Below the pieces are notes generated by a model. That model was given only the letters and a program-made list of their open reading frames with translations. It was not told the DNA's origin and made no database searches. From an uncultured Gammaproteobacteria bacterium (lineage in GTDB: Bacteria; Patescibacteriota; Microgenomatia; Levybacterales; UBA12049): 45,920 nt of DNA. The position numbers were made by a program, and so were the translations under genes. Of the stretch, positions 1 to 8,591 are shown piece by piece. Every line of letters begins with the position of its first letter. The first letter of the stretch is position 1. The DNA lies in the NCBI GenBank assembly GCA_964482825.1, contig CAYZZG010000001.1, positions 63,754 through 109,673 of the forward strand. Reading direction: 5' to 3'.

Positions 1-24
1 AAATGATATAGCATTTAAGTGCTA

Positions 25-591
25 CTAAGCATAGAGTTTTTGTTTAGCAATATATTTTTGAACTTCGTTTGGAACAAGGTGTTTGATAGAAAGTCCGTTT
101 TTTACCCGATCTCTTATTTTTGTGGAGGAAATATTGGCAGTAATCAAATTTTTATTCTGTACTAATTCAAATCCTTTTGGAAGATTTTTTGGCAAATGGT
201 AGGGATCGCGGGGGAAAATAAGAAATGTGGTAAGATTTATTAATTCCTCAGTTTTTTCCCAGCGGTCAAACTCATATAGTATGTCTGATCCTGCCAACCA
301 AAAAAGGGTGGCTTGTGTTTTTTGTTTTATCAATCTAACAGTATCAATGGTGTAACTTACACCTTTTCGTTCAATTTCGATATAAGAAATTTCCGTTTTC
401 TCCTGCACCAGTGACTTTGTCATCAAAAGCCGATCTTTAACACTTGCAAAACTAGGTTTCCATTGGTGTTTGTATGCAGGGATAAGTAGAATTTTGTCAA
501 TATCCGGACGAAAATCCAGAATTTGGCGAATCACTAAATAATGACCAATATGCGGCGGATCAAAACTTCCCCCCAAAACTGCTATGTTCAT
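25..591 (-). CDS. nadD: nicotinate-nucleotide adenylyltransferase
   Basis: 188-aa ORF with GGSFDPPHIGH (HxGH nucleotidyltransferase) and ISSTKIR motifs typical of NadD. Confidence 0.85.
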   Translation of the reverse strand: MNIAVLGGSFDPPHIGHYLVIRQILDFRPDIDKILLIPAYKHQWKPSFASVKDRLLMTKSLVQEKTEISYIEIERKGVSYTIDTVRLIKQKTQATLFWLAGSDILYEFDRWEKTEELINLTTFLIFPRDPYHLPKNLPKGFELVQNKNLITANISSTKIRDRVKNGLSIKHLVPNEVQKYIAKQKLYA

Positions 592-616
592 TGGATAAAT
601 TATATCAAATTGGGTA

Positions 617-645
617 TTGACGGAAGGGGAAAAATGTTATAATAT
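617..645 (+). promoter_or_regulatory. sigma70-like promoter upstream of tuf
   Basis: TTGACG 617-622. Extended -10 TGTTATAAT 635-643, or TAATAT 640-645 for a 17-nt spacer. Confidence 0.5.
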
Positions 646-714
646 ACAACCTAAGCTTACAAATTAATTAAGAAATAAGCCTTACGAGAGGTTTATTTTT
701 TTGAGTATAAATAT

Positions 715-1902
715 ATGGCAGATGCAACAAAATTTCAAAGGACAAAACCACATATTAATATTGGTACAATTGGCCATGTAGATCATGGAAAAACTACACT
801 TACAGCAGCAATTTCCACAGTGTTATCAAAACAAGGAATGGCCCAAGCCAAGAAGTACGAAGATATTGACAATGCTCCAGAAGAAAAAGCTCGAGGAGTT
901 ACCATTAATATTTCTCACATAGAATACGAGACAGACAAACGCCACTATGCCCACATCGATGCTCCAGGACACGCAGATTACATTAAAAACATGATTACCG
1001 GCGCAGCCCAGATGGATGGCGCAATATTGGTAGTTTCGGCTCCAGATGGTCCAATGCCACAAACCCGCGAGCACATCCTTTTGGCTCGACAAGTTGGCGT
1101 ACCAGCAATTGTGGTTTTTCTTAATAAAGTAGATATGGTACAAGACGCAGAGCTTTTGGATTTAGTCGAAATGGAAGTTAGAGAGCTTCTGACAAAATAT
1201 CAATATCCGGGAAATGATACTCCTATTGTTCGTGGTTCAGCGCTTAAGGCTTTGGAAGGTGACACTGATGCAGAAAAACAAATTATGGCATTAATGGAGA
1301 AGGTAGATGAATATATTCCCACCCCCACACGCGAAACAGATAAGCCATTCTTAATGCCGGTTGAAGATGTCTTTTCCATTAAGGGTCGCGGAACAGTAGT
1401 CACTGGAAGAATTGAGCGAGGAATGGTCAAGGTTAACGAGACCGTAGAGATTATTGGTATTAAGGCAACTAAATCAACTGTTGTTACCGGTGTTGAAATG
1501 TTTAAAAAGCAGCTCGATGAAGGGCAAGCAGGAGACAACGTAGGACTTTTACTTAGGGGTATCGAAAAAGCAGACGTTGAGAGAGGACAAGTAATTGCAA
1601 AGCCGGGAAGTATAACTCCACACAAGAAATTTGAAGCAGAAATTTATATTCTAACCAAAGAAGAAGGCGGTCGCCATACGCCATTTTTTACAGGATACAG
1701 ACCGCAATTTTATATTCGAACAACCGATGTAACAGGCGAAGTTACACTTCCGCAAGGGGTAGAGATGGTTATGCCAGGCGATAGTACCAAGATGACAGCA
1801 GAACTTATTGCGCCGATTGCAATAGAAGAAGGACTTCATTTTGCAGTCAGAGAGGGTGGAAAAACAGTCGGTGCGGGAGTTATATCTAAAGTTATCGCGT
1901 AG
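715..1902 (+). CDS. tuf: elongation factor Tu
   Basis: 395 aa with [14 protein letters not shown] and NKVD GTPase motifs. Full-length EF-Tu-like sequence. Confidence 0.98.
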   Translation: MADATKFQRTKPHINIGTIGHVDHGKTTLTAAISTVLSKQGMAQAKKYEDIDNAPEEKARGVTINISHIEYETDKRHYAHIDAPGHADYIKNMITGAAQMDGAILVVSAPDGPMPQTREHILLARQVGVPAIVVFLNKVDMVQDAELLDLVEMEVRELLTKYQYPGNDTPIVRGSALKALEGDTDAEKQIMALMEKVDEYIPTPTRETDKPFLMPVEDVFSIKGRGTVVTGRIERGMVKVNETVEIIGIKATKSTVVTGVEMFKKQLDEGQAGDNVGLLLRGIEKADVERGQVIAKPGSITPHKKFEAEIYILTKEEGGRHTPFFTGYRPQFYIRTTDVTGEVTLPQGVEMVMPGDSTKMTAELIAPIAIEEGLHFAVREGGKTVGAGVISKVIA

Positions 1903-1920
1903 TACATTGAAAGTTTTGCA

Positions 1921-2229
1921 ATGCCTAGAGGAAGAATTAGAGTACGTTTAAAAGCATATGACGCGCGAGTTATCGACTCATGTTGTCAGCAAATATTAGA
2001 TACGGCAATTCGAACCGGAGCAAAAGTTGTGGGTCCAATACCACTGCCTACTGACAGAAGCGTTTACGTTGTAAACAAATCGCCTTTTATCGACAAAGAC
2101 GCCCGCGATCACTTTGAAATACGAGTTCATAAACGACTAATAGATATTGTTTCACCAACCGATAAAACAATTGATAGTTTAACGCATCTAGAATTACCAG
2201 CGGGTGTTGATATTGAAATTAAAATGTAA
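1921..2229 (+). CDS. rpsJ: 30S ribosomal protein S10
   Basis: 102 aa, IRVRLKAYD...HKRLIDI pattern, follows tuf. Confidence 0.97.
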   Translation: MPRGRIRVRLKAYDARVIDSCCQQILDTAIRTGAKVVGPIPLPTDRSVYVVNKSPFIDKDARDHFEIRVHKRLIDIVSPTDKTIDSLTHLELPAGVDIEIKM

Positions 2230-2327
2230 TCCCACGCATCTTCCCGTTGCCTTCAGGTACTATCCGTCGAGCCAAGCTCGACTCGTACACGGTTTACGGA
2301 ACGATGCAGTAGGATAAGGGGTTTAGG

Positions 2328-2356
2328 TTGAATTTGATGGTTGTTTATAGTATAAT
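2328..2356 (+). promoter_or_regulatory. near-consensus sigma70 promoter inside the rpsJ-rplC spacer
   Basis: TTGAAT 2328-2333, 17-nt spacer, TATAAT 2351-2356. Confidence 0.55.
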
Positions 2357-2436
2357 TATAAGCATCATAAAGGAGGTTTTAAAGCCTAACTAGGCTTCAC
2401 GAGTTTATTTCGAACGACAACGTTCTCAATATGTGG

Positions 2437-2462
2437 GGTAGCCGGATAGGCTACCTTTTTTT
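2437..2462 (+). terminator. intrinsic terminator-like hairpin directly upstream of rplC
   Basis: GGTAGCC-ggata-GGCTACC (perfect 7-bp stem) followed by T7. Ends 11 nt before the rplC ATG. Confidence 0.6.
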
Positions 2463-2473
2463 GTTTTGGGACT

Positions 2474-3124
2474 ATGATTCATACATTAATAGGACAAAAG
2501 GTAGATCAAGTACAAGGGTTTCTGGAGAACGGAGTACGTATTCCTGTGACAAAAATTGCCATGTCGGGCAATACTGTTACTTTGCTTAAAACGCAAGAAA
2601 AGTCTGGATACAGTGCAATCCAGCTTGGATTTGGAACAAGAAAGAGGGCAAAAAAAACAAGCCCTCTTTTTTTGCGTGAAGTAAGAATAATTGATGGCGA
2701 GGTGCTCCTACAAGTAGGAGATGAGGTAAAACCATCTGATGTGTTTGAGCCAGGAGACATTATTGATGTTTCCGGAGTATCAAAAGGAAAAGGATATGCA
2801 GGTGGAGTAAAACGGTATCACTTTAAAGGAGGACCACGTACTCACGGACAATCAGATAGAGAAAGAGCACCAGGATCTATCGGCCAAACAACAACTCCGG
2901 GAAGAGTATATAAAGGTAAGCGCATGGCTGGAAATATGGGACATGTAAATGTAACGATAAAAAACTTGCAAGTAGTTGCAGTGCTTGATGATTATCTACT
3001 GGTTAGAGGTCTTATTCCAGGCCCAAAAAATAGCATAGTAACGGTGATAAAGAGAGGAAAAAATAAAAAATTTGTGCCTCTTTATCAAGAGGCGGAGAAG
3101 GAGGAAGAAAAGAATGCCAGCTAA
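2474..3124 (+). CDS. rplC: 50S ribosomal protein L3
   Basis: 216 aa, GKGYAGGVKRYHFKGGPRTHGQS motif, operon position. Confidence 0.95.
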   Translation: MIHTLIGQKVDQVQGFLENGVRIPVTKIAMSGNTVTLLKTQEKSGYSAIQLGFGTRKRAKKTSPLFLREVRIIDGEVLLQVGDEVKPSDVFEPGDIIDVSGVSKGKGYAGGVKRYHFKGGPRTHGQSDRERAPGSIGQTTTPGRVYKGKRMAGNMGHVNVTIKNLQVVAVLDDYLLVRGLIPGPKNSIVTVIKRGKNKKFVPLYQEAEKEEEKNAS

Positions 3125-3917
3125 AGAAGTTAAAAGTTCCCAGTTCGTTCTGCTGAGCAGAACTTCGAGGGGCAAGCAAAAGTTAAAAGTTAAAAGTTCA
3201 ACTAAAAAATCAAAAGTTACAAAGGCAGAAGTAGCATCATCTGTTAAAACATCAAAGACTGGATTGACGGTTGATCTTTTTGATGTAAAAGGAAAGGTTA
3301 CGGGTACGATTGATTTACCTAAAGAGATTTTCGCTGTACCTGTTAATGAAAAACTTATGATACAGGCTGTACGAGTGTATTTGGCAAATCAGCATAGAGG
3401 AACTGTCTCAACAAAAACACGCGGAGAAGTGCAGGGGTCAACACGAAAAATATATAGACAAAAGGGTACCGGGCGAGCAAGACATGGTTCGCTTCGAGCG
3501 CCAATTTTTGTTCATGGAGGAATAGTATTTGGTCCAAAGCCCCGAGATTATTCTCTTACTTTGCCTAAAGCCATGAGGCGTTTAGCTCTCTTTTCTGCGC
3601 TGTCAACACAAGTTAAAGCTGGAGCAGTAAAAATAGTTGGGGACATAGAGAAAATTGAGCCAAAAACAAAGGCAATGGCCAATTTTATGAAACAAATTGG
3701 TATTCCTGAAAAGAAGAAAAACGTTTTACTCGTTTTGCCAAAAACAGAAAAAGGTAAAGGAGATAGTATTATGCGAGCAGCAAGAAATATAGAAGGAGTA
3801 GATATCACCTTTGCAAATCAACTACATACCTACGCAGTAATGAAGCATAAAACGCTTCTTTTTAGTTTAGATGCAATTGATTCAATACGTACAGTATTTG
3901 CAAAAGAAACAAAATAA
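3114..3917 (+). CDS. rplD: 50S ribosomal protein L4. Start ambiguous: ATG 3114 gives a ~50-aa repeat-encoded extension, in-frame TTG 3264 gives a canonical N-terminus
   Basis: RQKGTGRARHGS motif. AAGGAGG lies 9 nt before ATG 3114. The 3072 start in the ORF track lies inside rplC. Confidence 0.88.
   Translation: MPAKEVKSSQFVLLSRTSRGKQKLKVKSSTKKSKVTKAEVASSVKTSKTGLTVDLFDVKGKVTGTIDLPKEIFAVPVNEKLMIQAVRVYLANQHRGTVSTKTRGEVQGSTRKIYRQKGTGRARHGSLRAPIFVHGGIVFGPKPRDYSLTLPKAMRRLALFSALSTQVKAGAVKIVGDIEKIEPKTKAMANFMKQIGIPEKKKNVLLVLPKTEKGKGDSIMRAARNIEGVDITFANQLHTYAVMKHKTLLFSLDAIDSIRTVFAKETK
3125..3224 (+). repeat. A-rich heptamer (AAAAGTT) arms flanking a GC-richer hairpin core (GTTCTGC-tga-GCAGAAC, 3147-3163)
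   Basis: Direct reading. Same arm/core architecture as 18485-18600 and 44806-44911. Confidence 0.7.
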
Positions 3918-4212
3918 TGAACAAAAATATTATTATCCGACCAATAATTACCGAAAAATCAATGCGGGATTAGGTAAATTTACATTTGCCGTAAATAGAA
4001 ATACAAATAAGTACGCGATTGCACAAGCAGTACAAGAAGCTTTTCAAGTAACGGTTGAACATATTTCTGTAAGCAGGGTAAAAGGTGCACGAAAACGAGC
4101 AGGAACAAGACGAATAGAAAAACAAGGAGATATATGGAAAAAAGCCATTATTACCCTTGCAAAAGGGCAAAAAATTGATTTATTCGATATAGCAGGAGGA
4201 AAAACAGCATGA
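3917..4212 (+). CDS. rplW: 50S ribosomal protein L23, split by an apparent -1 frameshift near 3968-3973
   Basis: MNKNIIIRPIITEKSMRD runs from ATG 3917 (TAATG overlap with rplD) into TAG 3971-3973. The remainder, LGKFTFAVNRNTNKYAI...KKAIITLAKGQKIDLF, is in the -1 frame. Confidence 0.8.
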
Positions 4213-4949
4213 GGAGATTAAAAAGAATTCGAAAAAAACATGGAGGGAGAGATGCAAGCGGAAAAGTTGTTGTTCGCCATCAGGGCGGGGAACAAAAGCG
4301 CTTTCTGCGAACAATTGACTTTAAGCGTAAAAAAAGAGATATTACTGGAAAAGTTATTGCTATAGAGTATGATCCTAATAGAAATGCAGACATAGCTCTG
4401 GTACAATATGCCGACGGAGATAAACAATACATTATAGCTCCCAACGGAATTACACTTGGGGCGAAGATATCTGCTGGACGTAATATAGATCTATATGCAG
4501 GAAACAGCATGCCGCTTGGAGATATTCCAATCGGAACTATGATTCATAACGTAGAGCTTACTCCTGGCAAGGGAGCTCAGATTGCGCGAAGTGCTGGAGC
4601 AGTCGTTATTATTGCGGCAAGAGAGGGAGGATTTGTTCATCTTAAGCTTCCTTCCGGGGAAATACGAAAAGTACGAAGCGATGCCTATGCTACTATTGGT
4701 CAAGTAGGAAATATTGAGTGGAAAAATGAAATATTTGGAAAAGCAGGGCGCAAGAGACTTATGGGTATTCGTCCATCTGTTCGTGGTGTGGCTATGAATC
4801 CACGCTCACATCCTCATGGTGGAGGAGAAGGACGAAGCGGTATTGGTATGAAATCGCCCAAAACATACGCAGGCCGCAAGGCGGTTGGAAAAACGAGAAA
4901 TAAAAATAAGTATTCTAATAAATATATACTAGAGCGGAGGAAGAAGTAA
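4209..4949 (+). CDS. rplB: 50S ribosomal protein L2 (short N-terminus)
   Basis: 246 aa with VRHQGG, EYDPNR and NPRSHPHGGGEGR motifs. Confidence 0.95.
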   Translation: MRRLKRIRKKHGGRDASGKVVVRHQGGEQKRFLRTIDFKRKKRDITGKVIAIEYDPNRNADIALVQYADGDKQYIIAPNGITLGAKISAGRNIDLYAGNSMPLGDIPIGTMIHNVELTPGKGAQIARSAGAVVIIAAREGGFVHLKLPSGEIRKVRSDAYATIGQVGNIEWKNEIFGKAGRKRLMGIRPSVRGVAMNPRSHPHGGGEGRSGIGMKSPKTYAGRKAVGKTRNKNKYSNKYILERRKK

Positions 4950-4951
4950 TG

Positions 4952-5035
4952 AATACTACCAATAATTACCAATTTCAAATATCCAATTTCAAATGTAACA
5001 TTGGTACTTATTTGAAATTTGAAATTTGTAGTATT
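4952..5035 (+). repeat. imperfect long hairpin built from AATTTCA/ATTTGAA heptamers (rplB-rpsS spacer)
   Basis: Arms 4977-4994 / 5010-5027 pair 16/18. Outer stem AATACTAC 4952-4959 / GTAGTATT 5028-5035. Confidence 0.7.
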
Positions 5036-5043
5036 GGAAATTA

Positions 5044-5055
5044 CGACTGAAAGGA
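5044..5055 (+). promoter_or_regulatory. CGACTGAAAGGA box (contains the SD) between hairpin and rpsS start
   Basis: Same box at 14853-14864 (CGACTGGAAGGA, rpsM) and 15835-15846 (TGACTGAAAGGA, rpsD). Confidence 0.55.
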
Positions 5056-5059
5056 ATTT

Positions 5060-5344
5060 ATGTCACGATCATCAAAAAAAGGTCCTTATATAGATAAGAA
5101 GTTACTTAAAAAAGTTTTGATCCAGAAAAACACTGGAGATCGAAATATTATTAAGACATGGTCACGAGCGTGCCAGATTTCACCGGAGTTTGTCGGACAT
5201 ACATTTGGTGTTCATAACGGAAGAAACTTTATCAATGTATTGATAACAGAGGCAATGGTAGGGTACAGATTAGGTGAATTTTCACTAACCAGAACTTTTA
5301 GGACTCACGGAAAAGTAGTGGCTAGGGAAATCAGTAAAACCTAG
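5060..5344 (+). CDS. rpsS: 30S ribosomal protein S19
   Basis: 94 aa, [11 protein letters not shown]...[10 protein letters not shown]. Confidence 0.97.
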   Translation: MSRSSKKGPYIDKKLLKKVLIQKNTGDRNIIKTWSRACQISPEFVGHTFGVHNGRNFINVLITEAMVGYRLGEFSLTRTFRTHGKVVAREISKT

Positions 5345-5414
5345 CGTCTGGAGATTAGCGTTTAGCGTCTAGTTTAAGGAACTAACTGCTAGACGCTAGT
5401 AACTAAAAGCTAAT
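5342..5414 (+). repeat. hairpin built from TAGCGTCT repeats (rpsS-rplV spacer)
   Basis: Perfect 10-bp stem TAGCGTCTAG 5363-5372 / CTAGACGCTA 5389-5398. Outer ATTAGC 5354-5359 / GCTAAT 5409-5414. Confidence 0.75.
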
Positions 5415-5420
5415 AAGAAT

Positions 5421-5753
5421 ATGGAAGTTATTGCTTTAGCAAAATCAGTAAGAATAAGTCCAAGAAAAGTTCGTTTAGTTGCGGAAAGTATTCGAAATAA
5501 GCCGGCAGTGGAGGCTTTACAGACGCTTTCGCTTATTAGAAAACGAGCAGCTTCTTTTCTGGAAAAGACTCTTAAAAGTGCCATGGCTAACGCCATGCAC
5601 AATACAAAGGTAGCAGAAGAAGCATTATTTATTAAAAAAATTGAAGTAACAGAAGGCCCACCATTTAAGCGTTTTCATCCGTCAACCAGAGGAAGAATCC
5701 ATCCATATAAAAAGCGTACCAGCCATATAAAAATAATATTAAAAATAAAATAG
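5421..5753 (+). CDS. rplV: 50S ribosomal protein L22
   Basis: 110 aa, VRISPRKVRLVAESIR motif, operon order. Confidence 0.95.
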   Translation: MEVIALAKSVRISPRKVRLVAESIRNKPAVEALQTLSLIRKRAASFLEKTLKSAMANAMHNTKVAEEALFIKKIEVTEGPPFKRFHPSTRGRIHPYKKRTSHIKIILKIK

Positions 5754-5857
5754 AAAAAATAAAAGATATATATGAAATATAAAAAAGATAAATATATAAA
5801 AAAGTACCATAATTTTTCATTTTTCATTTTTAATTTTTAATTTTTAATTTAATTATT
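5754..5857 (+). repeat. A-rich tract followed by T-rich heptamer tract (TTTTTCA/TTTTTAA), potential AT-only hairpin
   Basis: Direct reading. AT-only pairing is promiscuous, so the structure is uncertain. Confidence 0.4.
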
Positions 5858-6502
5858 ATGGGACAGAAAGTAAATCCACACCTTTTGCGGCTTGGCCCTA
5901 TTTACAACTGGGAAAGTCGTTGGTTTGACAAAAAACACTATAAGGAAGTTTTGCTTGAAGATTATGCCTTGCGAAAGGCATTAATGGAAAAGTTAAGAAT
6001 ATCGGGCGTGTCAAGGATTGAGATCGAACGGTCAATCAATAGCATAAAAATTACCGTATATGTTTCAAGGCCTGGAATTGTTATTGGAAGAGCAGGAACA
6101 GGACTTGAAGAGTTAAAGAAATTTGTTGTTGCGCTTTTAACACAGGGAAAAAAGAAACATATGGCAAAAATTGATATTAGAATAGAGCAGGTAAAACAAC
6201 CAAATCTTGACGCATACTTGGTTGCAAAAATGATTGCAGATCAGTTAATAAAGCGCCTTCCTTACAAACGAATACTTGGTCAAGCGGCAGACAGAGTTAT
6301 GGAGTCTGGAGCAAAGGGAGTACGTATAGTTATTGCAGGAAGAATTGCGGGTGCGGAAATTGGTAGGCGGGAAAAAGCCCAAAGAGGAAAGGTACCACTT
6401 TCTACAATAAGAGAACACATTACTTTTGCAAGTGTACCTGCGCTTACCAAAAAAGGATATATTGGGATTAAGGTATGGATTAATAAACCAGAGGAGAAAT
6501 AA
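5858..6502 (+). CDS. rpsC: 30S ribosomal protein S3
   Basis: 214 aa, MGQKVNPHLLRLG start, KH-domain pattern. Confidence 0.97.
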   Translation: MGQKVNPHLLRLGPIYNWESRWFDKKHYKEVLLEDYALRKALMEKLRISGVSRIEIERSINSIKITVYVSRPGIVIGRAGTGLEELKKFVVALLTQGKKKHMAKIDIRIEQVKQPNLDAYLVAKMIADQLIKRLPYKRILGQAADRVMESGAKGVRIVIAGRIAGAEIGRREKAQRGKVPLSTIREHITFASVPALTKKGYIGIKVWINKPEEK

Positions 6503-6505
6503 TCT

Positions 6506-6910
6506 ATGTTAGTGCCAAAACGAACAAAATATCGAAAGCAACACAGAGGAACAATGAAGGGGAATGCCCATAGTGGAACAAATGTTTCATTTGGGGAATA
6601 TGCACTTCGCACACAAGAATCTGCTTGGATTACTGCTAGGCAAATTGAAGCAGCAAGACGTGCGATAACACATTATACACAACGTGGTGGAAGACTATGG
6701 ATACGTATCTTTCCCGATAAGCCAATTACTAAAAAACCTGCAGAAACCAGAATGGGAAGCGGCAAGGGTGATGTATACGAGTATGTTGCAAGAGTTTTAC
6801 CAGGCAGAGTTTTATTTGAAATGGGTGGTGTAAGCAAAGACGTGGCGCATACAGCGCTTCGTCTTGCCGCACATAAGCTGCCAGTAAAGACACTTATTAT
6901 TGATAAATAA
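6506..6910 (+). CDS. rplP: 50S ribosomal protein L16
   Basis: 134 aa, [15 protein letters not shown] start. Confidence 0.97.
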   Translation: MLVPKRTKYRKQHRGTMKGNAHSGTNVSFGEYALRTQESAWITARQIEAARRAITHYTQRGGRLWIRIFPDKPITKKPAETRMGSGKGDVYEYVARVLPGRVLFEMGGVSKDVAHTALRLAAHKLPVKTLIIDK

Positions 6911-6913
6911 TAT

Positions 6914-7126
6914 ATGAAAACAAAAGCAAAGAAAGAATTACACACAAAAACGATCAAAGAGTTGCAAGAAACTGTAAGAGCGGCTAGAGCTGATTTGTTT
7001 AAACAAAAAATGGCATATGCACAGCGAAAACTCAAAGATGTCGCATTGCTGCATAGAAAACAAAAAGAAATAGCAATACTTCTAACAATTATTAGGGGAA
7101 AGGAGCAAATTAATGAAAACGCTTAA
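6914..7126 (+). CDS. rpmC: 50S ribosomal protein L29
   Basis: 70 aa helical protein in the L29 position between rplP and rpsQ. Confidence 0.9.
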   Translation: MKTKAKKELHTKTIKELQETVRAARADLFKQKMAYAQRKLKDVALLHRKQKEIAILLTIIRGKEQINENA

Positions 7127-7331
7127 TGGCATTGTTGTCGCAAAGAGCATGGACAAGACAGCAATTGTTGAGGTGATCAGGAGAACGCCTCATAAACTAT
7201 ATAAAAAACTTATTAAGCAAAGCAAGAGGTACTCTGTTGATACAAAAGGAAAAGACGTGATTGTAGGATCACAGGTAACTATAGTAGGAACACGACCAAT
7301 TTCTAAGAATAAACATTTTCGATTGCAATGA
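7113..7331 (+). CDS. rpsQ: 30S ribosomal protein S17
   Basis: 72 aa, [14 protein letters not shown]...RPISKNKHF. Confidence 0.93.
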   Translation: MKTLNGIVVAKSMDKTAIVEVIRRTPHKLYKKLIKQSKRYSVDTKGKDVIVGSQVTIVGTRPISKNKHFRLQ

Positions 7332-7702
7332 TTCAACATAGAACCATTTTAAAGGTAGCAGACAATTCAGGCGCAAGGTCATTAAATGTAATTCATATTT
7401 TTGGCGGTTCCAAAAGAAAGTTTGGATACATAGGAGACGTGCTTAATTGTGTTGTTAGAGAGGCATCTCCTATTGGACAGGTAAAGGAAGGAGAGATTGT
7501 GAAAGTAGTGGTCGTGAGGACAAGAAAAGAATATAGAAGAAAAGATGGGTCATATATTCGCTTTTCTGAAAATGCAGGGGTATTAATTGATAATCCTAAA
7601 GATAAAAACCCGAGAGGGACACGTATTTTTGGCCCAATTGCCCGAGAGGTAAAGGATAAAGGCTTTGCAAAAATTGCAAGTATGGCTATAGAAGTTGTTT
7701 AG
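7328..7702 (+). CDS. rplN: 50S ribosomal protein L14
   Basis: 124 aa, [16 protein letters not shown] start, ATGA overlap with rpsQ. Confidence 0.97.
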   Translation: MIQHRTILKVADNSGARSLNVIHIFGGSKRKFGYIGDVLNCVVREASPIGQVKEGEIVKVVVVRTRKEYRRKDGSYIRFSENAGVLIDNPKDKNPRGTRIFGPIAREVKDKGFAKIASMAIEVV

Positions 7703-7726
7703 TTAATAGTTGGGAAGGAAATAGTT

Positions 7727-8032
7727 ATGAAAATAAAAAAAGGAGATGAGGTGAAAATAGTTCGGGGGAAAGATAAGGATAAGATGGGGAAGATTGAAAA
7801 AATTTTTCCAGAAAGTCACAGGGTGCTAGTGACAAATATCAATCAATACAAGCGTCATTTGAAAGCAAGATCACAAAATCAACCATCAGAAATAGTAACG
7901 ATTACGAAGCCATTATCTTTGGCTAATGTAGCGCTTGTTTGTCCAAAATGCCATGTGGTTACAAGGGTAGGTTATTCTATGCAAAACAATAAGAAATTAC
8001 GAATGTGTAAGAAATGCAGGCAATTAATATGA
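7727..8032 (+). CDS. rplX: 50S ribosomal protein L24 (C-terminal CxxC...CxxC)
   Basis: KOW-like KKGDEVKIVRGKDKDKMGKI. Four Cys in the C-terminal part. Confidence 0.93.
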   Translation: MKIKKGDEVKIVRGKDKDKMGKIEKIFPESHRVLVTNINQYKRHLKARSQNQPSEIVTITKPLSLANVALVCPKCHVVTRVGYSMQNNKKLRMCKKCRQLI

Positions 8033-8586
8033 TTATTACACAAGATATATACAAAAAAGAGATAGCGCCAAAATTACAGCAAAAGCTTGGTATTAAAAAT
8101 CCATTAGCTGTGCCAAAAATTGAAAAAATTGTTGTAAATATGGGAGTAAAAGATGCACTTTCTGATAAAAAGAATATGGAGAAAGGCCTGCAGATACTTA
8201 CAGAGCTTACAGGACAAAAACCAAAGATAACTCAAGCAAAAAAATCCATTGCGTCGTTTAAGCTCCGAGAAGGAGATCAAATCGGTCTTATGGTAACCCT
8301 AAGAGGTAAAAGAATGTATAATTTTTACTCAAAACTTATCAGCGTTGTGTTTCCTCGTTTTAGGGATTTTCATGGGGTTTCAAGAAATCAGTTTGACTTA
8401 AAAGGTAACTATACATTAGGTATAAATGAATATACTGTTTTTCCCGAGATAGATCCGGGAAATATTGATAGAATACAGGGGCTTGCGGTGACGATTGTTA
8501 CAACCGCAAAGAACAAAGAAGAAGGATTGGCATTGCTTGAGACTATAGGTATGCCATTTCAAAAGTTAATAGTTAACAGAAAATAG
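8029..8586 (+). CDS. rplE: 50S ribosomal protein L5
   Basis: ATGA overlap with the rplX stop. L5-like sequence. ATG 8014 in the ORF track is an alternative. Confidence 0.92.
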   Translation: MIITQDIYKKEIAPKLQQKLGIKNPLAVPKIEKIVVNMGVKDALSDKKNMEKGLQILTELTGQKPKITQAKKSIASFKLREGDQIGLMVTLRGKRMYNFYSKLISVVFPRFRDFHGVSRNQFDLKGNYTLGINEYTVFPEIDPGNIDRIQGLAVTIVTTAKNKEEGLALLETIGMPFQKLIVNRK

Positions 8587-8591
8587 TTATT

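Noticed and set aside
826-1839. Three minus-strand ORFs (105, 141 and 62 aa) inside tuf
   Set aside because: They are antisense to a near-certain EF-Tu gene and give Cys/Ser-rich nonsense sequences with no motifs. Typical shadow ORFs.
3072-3113. Upstream extension of the rplD ORF (MCLFIKRRRRRKKR)
   Set aside because: It lies inside the rplC coding region and has no SD. ATG 3114 or TTG 3264 are the credible starts.
3871-3969. N-terminal third of the 113-aa ORF at 3871 (MQLIQYVQYLQKKQNNEQKYYYPTNNYRKINAG)
   Set aside because: It overlaps the rplD 3' end and is not L23-like. The real L23 N-terminus is in the other frame from 3917, so this part is only an open frame upstream of the frame break.
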